A DNA stretch of 54,007 bases, taken from assembly GCA_963575745.1 (NCBI GenBank), contig CAUYUJ010000273.1, positions 62,001-116,007 on the forward strand, in the 5' to 3' direction. Below, piece after piece: positions 24,075-34,140 of this stretch (the first letter of the stretch is position 1; each line of letters starts with the position of its first letter). The notes under the pieces are model-generated. The model worked only from the letters and a program-made list of their open reading frames with translations, did no database searches and had not been told where the DNA came from. Made by a program: the position numbers and the translations under genes. Source of the stretch: Prorocentrum cordatum (Eukaryota).

Positions 24075-25619
24075 GCGGCAGAGTCGAAGACGAAGCGGGG
24101 TGTCGCAACGGAGAACGTGAAAGAATGTGATGGTAACCTGTGGAAGTAGGTTGGCGACCGAAGAGCCGAACCTACTATATTTCTCGCATGTCGAAGAAGG
24201 TTAGGGATAAGGTCGCGAGCCTTTTCCCCATGCGCCGCGGACGGGCGGCGCTGTACCTAATACCAGTACCTGAACCGAGGCGTCGGCGGTAGATAAGGAT
24301 ATAATGGTGATATGAGCGGACTTCACACACACACACACACACTGTGTGTGGGACACGATCCGCGTGAAGGGGGTGCCGAATAATCGGGGTGCAATCGCGC
24401 GAACCCGCCCAACCAGGCCGCAGGTGGAGCTGTTTGTAGGGCACCGACCCGTATGTGCCAAAATGGGCCAGAGGGCGCCATGCGAAGTTGCCCATTGGTG
24501 TCGTGGATGGAGCTCGCTCCAGAGCACGGTTCGCGTGAACAGTGTGCCGACATGGGCGGAGGGATGATTTGCAAACCTTGTCTCTAGGGCTATGGGTGGT
24601 ATGCCGAAAAAGGGGGGGCTATGCAAACCCTGAGGCGGGGGGCGGGATGCGAGCCTGGTCTCTGGGACCGTAAGCGAAACTCCCTGCAAAGCACGATGAG
24701 ACGTGTAGTGAATGGAGCGACGTTATGCGAAGCTTCCCTTTCTAAAAGCAGTTCCAGCGGGCCAGCACTATCCGCATGAGGGGTGTGGTGCTATGCAGTG
24801 GGGCCGCAGGTGAAGCTCCCTGTGGGGCACGATGCCTGTGAGGGGTGTGCCGAGATGGGCGGGGGGCCGTGAGTGGAGCTCCCTGCGGGCATGATCCGTG
24901 TGAAGTGTGTGCCGAAATGGGTAACAGGTGTGCCCACGTGGTGATCGTGGTGGAGTGGCGTGCGTATGCATCCACTGGTTGATGTGACGCTAGTTTTGCC
25001 TTTGACAGGACATAAGCGCACGCAAAGCGCGCGTGGTTCTAGGATACATACACATACGCATGCACATATACAGAACCAGGTGTGAGTATCCCTCTCTGAC
25101 GCCGCCCGTGGTGGCCGCTCCCCTCTTCTTGGCGGCCCAGGGTAGGAGTGGCGGGTTCGGGCGGAGGCGTGCCGGAAGGCATGCTGGCTGCAAGGCTCCT
25201 GCTCAAGGCAAAGCGTCCAATCAATCGATGTGCGGTGCCACTAGATGGAACGGCTTGTGCTGTCACATCGAATGTCATATTTACGCTGGCCCCGCAACAG
25301 GGGGCGCCGAGGGGCGTATAGCGCGAGGCCACGAGACCACGAGAGGAGCACGCGGGGAGGGGGAGGGCGACAGAAGAGGGGGGCGAAAGAGGATGGAGAA
25401 AGAAAGAAAAGACGTAGAAGAAGGGAAGGAAGGAGGAAGGGATGGAGGGAACAGACGGGGAGGAGGAAGAAAGAGAGGAGGACGAGGAGGGGAACGGGTG
25501 GAGGCAGGAGGCAGGAGAAAGGGCAGAGGAAGGGAGGAGGGAGACGCGGGCGGAATGATTGATTGGGAGGCATGTGTGGTGCTGCTCTTGCTCTTCGTCT
25601 ACCACTCCACCACCTCATC

Positions 25620-25749
25620 GTGATGATGTTCATCATCATCAGCAGCAGCATCATCAGCAGCATCATAACCATCAGCATCACCCTATTCATCATCGGCAGC
25701 ATCATCAGCATCACCAGCAGCATCATCATCATCAGCATCATCACCACCC

Positions 25750-25826
<77 letters not shown>

Positions 25827-26280
25827 GCATCAGCATCAGCATCAGCATCATCATCATCATCATCACCATCACCATCATCATCAGCATCACCATAAGCATC
25901 ATCATCATCGGCATCGGCATCATCAGCATCAGCATCAGCATCATAATCATAAACATCAGCAGCATCATCAGCATCAGCATCATCGACATCAACATCAGCA
26001 TCATCATAATCATCATAAGCATCAGCAGCATCATCAACGTTATGACAGACATCGTCATCATCAACATCAACATCAGCATCATCATCAGCATCATCATCAC
26101 CAGCAGCAGCAACTGCATCAGCATCACTATCAGCATCAGCATCAGCATCATCATCAGCATCAGCATCATCATCGTCATTATCATCATCACCATCAGCATC
26201 AGCATCAGCATCAGCAGCAGCATCAGCAGCAGCATCAGCATCACCTTCATCTTCAGCATCATCAGCATCATCATCATCCA
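25620..26280. repeat. (CAT)n/(CAG)n microsatellite
   Basis: Directly visible. Confidence 0.98.
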
Positions 26281-27040
26281 CGGTGACGCTCTCGGGTTGT
26301 CTGGGGCCCGCTGGGCCAGTGTTGATGTACCCTCGGGGGCAAACTGTTGCGCATTGCAAGCGTGGCGTGGGCATATTGAAACGTCGTGGGCCCTCTTGGG
26401 CTCTCGTGGGGCCCTCTGGGAGCCTCTTTGGGAAATGTCGAGGCACGTGTGGGCCATCTTGAGGCCGTCTTGAGCCGTCCCAGGCCCGTATTGGGCCCGT
26501 CTGGAGGCGACGGCCCCCTTGGGGCAGCCCTGGACATCTTGGGGCCCTCTTCGGGCCCGGCGGTCCAGGGATCCGCCTGGGATCACATTGTGGCCTTTCG
26601 GAGCCGTCCGCGGCTCACCTTGGAGCCTCGGCACCTGCTGAGCTCCCGCTAAGCCTGGTGAGCCGGGACATCTGCGGCGAGCACATGGGCCGTCTCGAGG
26701 GCTTGGGGAACCTCCCAGAAAAACCCAGGAGAGGCTCCCGCGAGGATCTGTGGATGGAGGGGGCCAGTGCCGTAGCCTGGGCGCCCATGGTGCAGAGCAG
26801 AGCAAAACAGAGCGGCCAATAGTCCGTCCAGCGGGACCGCTCCGTAGTGCGCTTCGCGCCCATGGTGGGAGGGATGATGCCATGAGCGGCCTGGGGCAGA
26901 GTTTATCGCAACAGCGGAACGTCTTGCAGAAGAACGAGGGCGAGGAGGGGAGAACGAGAGGAGCAGGAGAGGGAAGGGAGGTGGGAAAAGACGGGACGGA
27001 TGAAGAGAGGGGCGCTCACAGGAAAAGGCCCGTCCTTGTC

Positions 27041-28008
27041 CATTAAGAGCAGGGTTCGCTGTCCGCGCCGCCGCGGACTGTGTCCATTTGAAACACAAAA
27101 GGCCGCCTGTCCAACAGCGGCCTCTGTTGGTTCGGGACACCAATGTGTTGTTGCGCAATGTACGCATATTTCCGCACAAATTTCGGGCGTCCCACGTGAT
27201 GGGCTGTCCAGGTGTCGGTTGGCCGCGACCTGCTCCGACCTGCCCCCGCGCGTCCGGCTGCCCTGGGCTGCGAGGGCTCCCGGCTGGCCGAAGTCAGCCC
27301 CGTCCAGCCAGCATTGCGCTGCCGATCGCCATGGGACGAAGCGATGTCTGATCGATGGGTGGGTCCTACCGTCGTATCTTTAGGGGCCCACATGCGCTGG
27401 CATCGTCTCAGGCTCGCCACCTCCCACCAGCGCCTGCTGCGCCTTCGCGGCCCCTTCCCCCCGTAAAGGGTGTCGATCGTCCCGAGAGCGGGCGCGCGCG
27501 GGCGGGTCGGCGCAGGCCGCGGCCGACGGACACCCCGGCGGCCCACGACGAGAGCGGCCACGCGCAGCCTGTCGGGACGGGTCGCTGCCAAACCGAGCGT
27601 GCGCCAGCGCGGGGCAGGCCGCGGGCGGGGGGTGCCCGGCAGGGGCGGCCCGCGGCCGGCCGGGCCCGAGGGCGGGGGCCGCGCGCGGGGGGCCGGCCGA
27701 GGTCGGCCACGGCGCATGGGGCGGAGCCCGTGGCCGGGCGGGGCCGGCGAGGCCGGCCACGAACGACCCGGGTCGCGGGGCCGACCAGTCGGGGGCTCGT
27801 GCGGGCGCGGCGGGGCTTCCCTCCCGGGCGCGGCGCCCACAGCCAGGCGTCGCTGCGGACGCCCAGGGGGTACGGGAAAACAGGGGCGCGCGGCCCCACG
27901 GCAGAAGCCGCTGTCCCAGACCCACAGCGGCCGCTGTTGGGCGGGCGGCTCGTCGCCTGCTATGAACAACGTCCCCGGCGGCGAGGGCAGCGAATCTTGC
28001 TCAAAATG
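27041..28008. mobile_element. Foldback element with long (>=100 bp) diverged inverted repeats, possibly MULE-like
   Basis: Left CATTAAGAGCAGGGTTCGCTGTCCGCGCCGCCGCGGAC...GCCGCCTGTCCAACAGCGGCCTCTGTTGGTTCGGGACA. Reverse complement of right CATTTTGAGCAAGATTCGCTGCCCTCGCCGCCGGGGAC...GCCGCCCGCCCAACAGCGGCCGCTGTGGGTCTGGGACA. No TSD seen. Confidence 0.7.
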
Positions 28009-28019
28009 AGCGGCAACTG

Positions 28020-28290
28020 GTGATGATCATGATGATCATGATGATGATGGTCATGGTGACTTCGTACCTGGTGATGGTCATGATGATCATGATGATCATG
28101 ATGATCATCAGATGATGATGGTGATGATGGTGATGGTGATGGTGATGATGATGGTGATGGTGATGATGATGTTGATGGTGATGACGATGATGATGCTGAT
28201 GATGATGACAATGGTCAATCAATCAAACAATCAGTCAATCAATCAAACAACAAATCAATCAGTCGATCAATCAATTAATCAATCAAGTGC
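28020..28290. repeat. (GAT)n and (AATC)n microsatellites
   Basis: Directly visible. Confidence 0.95.
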
Positions 28291-29170
28291 CACATGGTCT
28301 CAGTTTTCACACTCCCAGCCCGCCGCTGCGTTCATTGCGTGAATGGCTCGCTGTTCTGAGACGTGGTCCCCATCAAAAGTAAAACTGACAGTTGCGCTTC
28401 TGGAGGCCAGGCTGCGGGCGCGGAAGGCCAACTGGCCTACTGGCGCCCAAAGCTGGGATGGCCTGTGGGCGGGGCCAGATGGCACCGCTCCGAGGGCAAC
28501 GACTGTTCAAGAGAGGCGAATTACGAGCCCCAGGTCAATTGACCCTGGACTCGGAGGCCAAAAAAACCTGCACCGCCCCGGATCGGGGCAGGCTCAGGCA
28601 TCTTTAGAAATCTAGACACGCTCAAGGAAACGCCTGTCTGGACACCTCCTCATCTTCCTGTCGGCGGTGCTGACCCGACACGGCGGCGGCTAGATCACCG
28701 ACGCGGCGGCTCCACAGTCACCTCCTCACGGCGCTGCATGAATTGATCGACCGCCTGGGTTGGTGCTTCACCCCTACGGACCAGCGCGGCCAGCCGCGTA
28801 CTCGTCGCTGCAGCGCGTGCGACGGCCAAATCTAATGTTATGTCGGGCGTGTCCTCATACAGGGGGACGACAAATTAAACATAGCCAAAAAAAACAAAAT
28901 GGTCAACAACAAGGTTTTATCCGAGAACTCCGCGCGGACCTCCGAATTTGTATGTTTACGTCATTGTTTGTTTCCCTCTCGTTGGCCTTGGTTTTCCGGC
29001 AGCGGCAGTGCCTCGCTTCCTCCCCCAGGTCCTGCATGGGGATCTTCAACATGCGCTCCTTCGAATGCTCGATGATGACCTTCCAGTGCGCCTCCTCGAG
29101 GCCCGGCACCGCCACCGCAGCCTTCAGGAGAGCGATCCACACGTACAGGAATGGAGGCCCCAGAGCTGTG

Positions 29171-29333
29171 TGAAGGGGAACTGGGACACACGAATAAATA
29201 CACACAAATAAACATATGCCCCATATTTTCCCATATTTTCTGGGTTTTTTGTCTTCCCCTCCACTTCCCATACTTTCCTATATTTTCTGGGAGTCGACGA
29301 TTAATTGTGTCTGTGTGTTTCTTTCCCTCCTGA
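29171..29333 (+). mobile_element. ~160-bp MITE family, copy 1 (11-bp TSD CCAGAGCTGTG)
   Basis: TGAAGGGG..GGGACACAC..CCCATATTTT..TTAATTGTGTCTGTGTGTTTCTTTCCCTCCTGA. Duplication at 29160-29170 and 29334-29344. Removing the element and one TSD copy restores the host frame GEAATALGPPF. Confidence 0.92.
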
Positions 29334-29490
29334 CCAGAGCTGTGGCCGCTTCCCCCTTCGCCCCTGGGCTCTCCGACTGCTTGTTCTCCTGCGCCTGCTC
29401 GTGGTAGCCCCGGCACGCCTGCATCATGGCCTCGGATATGCCCGCAGCGACCGGGACCAGGTACGCGTAAAACGTCACGGCGCACACGTC

Positions 29491-29653
29491 TGAAGGGGCC
29501 CTGGGACACACAAACAAACAGACACAAATGACAGAATGTCCCATATTTTCCCGTATGTTCCGGATTTGTGTCTTCCCCCCCACTTCCCATATCTTCCCCT
29601 GTTCTCTGGGGAATCCACGATCCATCGTGTCTGTGTGTTTTTGTGTCTCCTGA
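29491..29653 (+). mobile_element. ~160-bp MITE family, copy 2 (no clear TSD)
   Basis: End-to-end similarity to copy 1. Confidence 0.9.
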
Positions 29654-30614
29654 GCTCAGCCGCGCTCGCCAGGCTCGGCCGGGCGAGGAGGAAAAGACTC
29701 ACTGCGTCGACAACTCCTTGCCCCCCCCCTTGCTGGCTGCCGCGTCCTCGGCCTCCTTCAGCGGCTCGGCCGCCTTGCCGTCGGCCGCCTCCTCCGCCCA
29801 GCGCCTGCAGCCCGTCTTCAGCGCCCAGGCGGGCTCGCCGAGCATGCCGACGTCGTCGGCTGGCCTGGCCGCGCCCCCCGGCACGGAGCAGAGGCGGAGG
29901 CGGCGCGCGTGCAATCACGTGCTGGTGCAATGCCTCCAGGCTTGAGCTCTCGATGCTCCAAAGAAGGCAGGTGAGCACGTTGGGTATGATGACGTCCCCG
30001 ATGAAACGGCTCCGCCCCCTGCAACCCCTCCCCGAAGCAAGCATGCGCACGACGTGTCGTTGAGCAGTGGCACGGCACGAGTAAGCTTGACTACAGCATG
30101 GACATGCGTTGGTAATGACGATCACCCGATAGACGTCACGAAAGTAATGGTGGTGAAGACGAAGGCAGTGTAATTGCGGGCATGTCGCGAAACAGCGACC
30201 GCACACCCTGTCCTCACAGTCGGGCGACCGGTGCTCTGCGGCCCGCTCCGCCCTCGGCAGCTCGCACCGCCATGTCTTCCTCCTCAGAGAGCCCTGCGGC
30301 AGCCGCTGGATCAGCGCCAACGCCAGGAGGAGGTACTCGAGCACGTAGCTCTAGAGTCGAAGAGCTGCCACGTCCGTGCGAAGGGAACGATCCTGCAGGT
30401 CTTCATCGCGAAACAACAACAGAAGACGTCCTGCCAGCGCCTGCGCAAAGTCGTACGAGTCGTCTTGGACCTCCAGCGCGACAATGTCGTCGGCTTATTG
30501 CCGTGCCCAGGGACACGCCGTTGGACGGACGCGCCCCCGATCGCCGAAGGTGTTCTCCGTCTCGAAAGGGAGCGACCCGAAAAGAGCCGCGCGCCGCTGC
30601 GTGTGGTTGTGCGG

Positions 30615-30674
30615 ATGATGGTGATGATGATGATGACGACGACGACGACGATGATGATGATGAGAATGGTAATA

Positions 30675-30727
<53 letters not shown>

Positions 30728-30746
30728 AATGATAATGATAATGATA

Positions 30747-30783
<37 letters not shown>

Positions 30784-31130
30784 CGATGATGAGGATTATG
30801 GATGTTTGATGTCGGATGTTTGATAATGGATGATGGATGGCGGTGATGATGGTGAGGACGATGGTGAGTAGGATGATGGTGATGATGATGATGAGATGGA
30901 TGTTGGATGTTGGATGATGGATGGAGGATGATGTATGGCGGCGATGATGGTGAGGATGATGGTGATGAGGATGAGGATGAGAAGGAGGAGGATGATGATA
31001 TTGAGGAGGAGGAGGAGGAAAAAGCAGAGGAGGAGGAGGAGGGGGAGGAGGGGAGGAGGAGGGGAGGAGGAGGGGGAGGGGAGGGGAGGAGGAGGGTGAT
31101 GGTGATGATGATGCTGATGCTGATGATGGG
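30615..31130. repeat. (GAT)n grading into (GGA)n low-complexity tract
   Basis: Directly visible. Confidence 0.95.
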
Positions 31131-31289
31131 CTCCTGGCGGCCGGCCGCTCTCTGCGGCGGCCTCGGGCCCTCGGCGGTGCTCCTCCCCCCTGGGTGCCCT
31201 GCCGCCCTTGTGCGGCCGCCGCACGCCGTGCGGTGGCAGCGCGCTGCGGTGCGGTGCCACGAGCAGGCAGCGCTGTGCCATGCAGTCCA

Positions 31290-31456
31290 TAGGGCGACGA
31301 GATCTATGCATATACACTGCTCCTGGCCAGGCCCATCCTGGGCCCAGGAGCGGTGTATATGCCTCCCTGGCCTGGCCAGGGAGGCGTATACACAGCTCTT
31401 GGGCCCAGGATTGGCCTGGCCAGGAGCAGTGGATATGTATAGATATCGTCGCCCGA
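31290..31456. mobile_element. 167-bp fully palindromic MITE, TA...GA termini, 5-bp TSD GTCCA
   Basis: Two 83-bp arms pair around a single T at 31373 with scattered mismatches. GTCCA at 31285-31289 and 31457-31461. Confidence 0.92.
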
Positions 31457-31470
31457 GTCCAGCCGCGTGA

Positions 31471-31603
31471 TGACCACCCACCGAGCCACCCCAGCCCAAC
31501 CCGAAGACCCGAGTGTGACCCGAACTTCGAACTTCGGGTTGGGGGGGGGTACGGGTTGCATGGAGGCCTTCAGGCTGGGTTGGGGTGGTTTGGTGGGTGG
31601 TGA
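31471..31603. mobile_element. MITE of the 4202-4354 family
   Basis: TGACCACCCACCGAGCCACCCCAGCCCAACCCGAAG...GGGTTGGGGTGGTTTGGTGGGTGGTGA. Flanks CGTGA and TGTCA match at 3/5. Confidence 0.8.
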
Positions 31604-31620
31604 TGTCAGCCCAGGTGTTA

Positions 31621-31774
31621 GGTCGGGCGTGTCCACCTACAGGCGGATCCAAGACGAAGAATAAAAAATAGTCACATGATACCCAAGTAATAATCACAAA
31701 GGAGCGGAAAAATCGTCCCCAGGCTATCTTTTATTACTATGTTTGACTCCTCCTGTAGAGGGACAGGCCCGACT
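31621..31774. mobile_element. PIF/Harbinger-like MITE (TIR GGTCGGGCGTGTCC[T]CCTACAGG, TNA flanks)
   Basis: TIR pair with TTA/TAA flanks. Other copies at 34343-34500, 49991-50146 and 50247-50422 (TCA/TCA), and single left ends at 28841 and 52559. Confidence 0.75.
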
Positions 31775-31799
31775 TAACCCAAGTGCCAGCTATGCCTGC

Positions 31800-31985
31800 C
31801 GTCCAGCAGGAGCTCGGCCACAAGAGACCTCCCACAAGAAGCCCAACCCTGAGACCCCAGGAGGTCCACTGCGTTTTGGTGAGGGAGCGTCACGCTTTCC
31901 CATCACAAAACCATCGAAGCCCAAGACACCCAGGGGACCCTGGTGGCAAGCAGGGTGTCTCTGCATGGGTCTCCCCTGCATAGTC
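31800..31985 (+). repeat. Dispersed repeat; second copy at ~48805-48990
   Basis: Shared CAACCCTGAGACCC..TTTTGGTG..AACCATCGAA..CCCAGGG..CCCTGG.GGCAAGCAGGGTG..GCATGGG. Confidence 0.8.
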
Positions 31986-33652
31986 AGCCCGTGTAAGCCC
32001 GAATGCTGGCCATGCCTCCTGTGCCAGGGTGATTCAGAGGCTCTCGAACGACAGGAGTCTGGGACGCCAATCCAGCGCTTCGCTCGAGAGTCCCCGTGAT
32101 CTGGTTCCGATGTCCTCGGGACCAAATCGGGACGGGCCAGCCGGCACCGATTCCGAGCCGATGTCCATCGGATGGGCATGCGTCGTAGGGGGGTGGGGGA
32201 CGGCGGGCCGTTGAGAGCGGGAGGTCCTCGGCCGTCCGCGCAACCACGCACGGTCAACCCGTACACTGTAAGGACGCGCGATGAGGATGCAAAGGGCCTT
32301 GGAAGGCCATGTCGACACTCTGCGAGCGGGGCGCGGCCGGCGAAGACTGTCGAGGATGGGCCGAAGAGGAGGCTGCGGGGTAGCCTGGGAAACTCGCTCA
32401 TCCTCAAGATGCGGGCTGGCTGTACAGCACAAATTCAATCCTGCCGCTGCCTTCGCACGGCCCCTCAGTGCGCTGCGCTATCGGCGCCTGGGCCCCCTGT
32501 TGTCGGGCGCAAGGGCCCCATGGTGTGCCAAGCTGCGTGCTGTGATGTGCCGAACCGAGCAGGGCAGAACGCACGTCGTGAGACACAGCGCGGCCCGAAC
32601 CAGAAAATATGCTCCGACGTGCGACCTCGGAGAGATATCGAGTGGCACACGCGCCGGGGAGGGGGGGCAACATGTGACACGCTCCCTCGAGGGCAGTACG
32701 TGCTCGCCCGGATTGAACACGTGCCCTGCGCGCTCAACAAAAACACTGGATCTGGCCGAGTCGCGCCACGTGCTGACTGTATGACGCAGAGCAGAGCAGA
32801 GAATGATGAGGCATGTCATAGCACACAGCGTGGCCTGGGGGAACCAGATCACGACACAGCAGGGAGGCACACGTCTCAGCACGGCATCTCAGATCACAGC
32901 AGATCGCATCATAAAACACAAGGTGGCACATAGCATAGCGAGGCGTCACGAGTTTCCACAGGACAGTGCCAGACATCCTACACAAAGCACTGGTTCCTGT
33001 GACTAGAAATGCTCAAATACTGCGACATCCAACTGCTTTGCTTCAGTATCTGGCCTCAGTCGTCAACTGATTGCCTCTCTGATCCTGGCTGCGCTGGGCC
33101 ATTATATGCTATGCACAACTATGCAGTGCTGAGCCATGGCATGCATCTGAATGCCACGTAATGATTGTATGCCTTGATATGGTGGGCGGTGCTGTGCTAT
33201 ACACTGCTACGCTATACGACGTGTCGCAGCAGGCTGTATTGCGTTGTGCCTGTATGATCCAGCAACAAGAATATTCATTGATGGGGTCGCGCCAGATTCT
33301 TTAAAAGGCCTTCTGGTCCATCCCACCAACGTGCCTGGGTCGTGGATCAGAGAAGTCTTGCAGGGGGTCTCTTGGGGAATCTCTCGGAAGCCTCTTGGGA
33401 GACTTTCGTAGCCGTCCTGCGCACTCTTGACCCGTCTGTCGAAACGTTTCGGGGCCCTTTGGGGCCTCTTCTGGATCGCTCTTCTGGACCATCTGTGCGC
33501 CGTCTTGAGCCGTCTTGAGCCGCCACTGAACCGTGTCTGGAGTTACTTGAGCCTTCTTGGGCAGCCCCGAAGCTCTCTGAAGCCATCTTCAAGCTATATT
33601 GAGCCGAGAAGCCGAATAGGCCAAATCGTCAGGAACAACAAACGGGGCTTTG

Positions 33653-33821
33653 GGAAGGGGCCCTGGGACACACAAATAAATACACACAAATAACAGGATT
33701 CCCCATATTTCCTCATACTTTCGGGTTTTCTGTCTTCCCCCCCCCCACACTTCCCTGATTTTTCGCATGTTTTCCTGGGAATCGAGGATTCATTGTGCCT
33801 GTGTGGTTTTTCCCTTCCTGA
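33653..33821 (+). mobile_element. ~160-bp MITE family, copy 3 (diverged, no TSD)
   Basis: End-to-end similarity to copy 1. Confidence 0.88.
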
Positions 33822-33977
33822 AAGACACCGGCCAGGCGGGAGCACAGCAGTACAGCAAGCAGCGCGCGGGGCTCGCAACGGAGCCGAGATCCCCCGCCAA
33901 AAGGATGGCAGCGCGTCCAAGACATCTCAACGCACCGCAAGCATGATGGGAAGCACAGGGACATGCTGATACTATAT

Positions 33978-34140
33978 TGAAGGGGCCCTGGGACACACAA
34001 ATAAATACACACATAAAAAAAACATCCCCATATTTTCCTATATTTTCTGGGTTTTTGTCTTCCCCCCCACTTCCCATATTTTCCCATATTTCCTGGGGAA
34101 TATACGATTAATTGTGTCTGTGTGTTTCTGTCCCTCCTGA
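33978..34140 (+). mobile_element. ~160-bp MITE family, copy 4 (TSD TATAT)
   Basis: TATAT at 33973-33977 and 34141-34145. The host repeat has an uninterrupted paralog at ~52212-52400. Confidence 0.92.

Larger units (their letters stand above)
19728..25042 (+). mobile_element. Putative non-autonomous composite Helitron with cargo
   Basis: Begins A|TC directly after a (TA)n tract. Ends with an imperfect hairpin GCGCACGC-AAA-GCGCGCGT followed by GGTTCTAG (CTAG at 25039-25042), after which CATA-type microsatellite resumes. No TSD. No Rep/helicase motifs recognised. Confidence 0.6.
28980..30610 (-). mobile_element. 3' fragment of a non-LTR retrotransposon: post-RT region, zinc fingers and a downstream helical ORF, interrupted by two MITEs
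   Basis: AALFGSLPFETENT..CPWARQ*ADDI..LLFRDEDL..TDVAALR, then CGRCFATCPQL..H, VITNACPCCSQAYSCRATAQRH and CLLW..LEALHQH, then LLARPSLASAAELR/DVCAVTF..AMMQACRGYHEQ..LGPPFLYVWIALLKA..EEARHCRCRKT. RT itself is absent, so the LINE call rests on resemblance to LINE C-terminal regions. Confidence 0.6.

Noticed and set aside
19728..25042. Autonomous Helitron (RepHel gene)
   Set aside because: No HUH Rep or PIF1 helicase Walker motifs are recognisable in the translations I examined.
25241..26883. Poly-Asp, poly-Met and poly-Ile ORFs (also at 30.6 kb and 48.1 kb) and YIHT/MYVC ORFs at 9.6, 14.3 and 40.6 kb
   Set aside because: These are translations of CAT and CATA microsatellites.
27450..27900. Extremely GC-rich stretch resembling rDNA expansion segments
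   Set aside because: No conserved rRNA core motifs were found, and it lies inside the foldback element.
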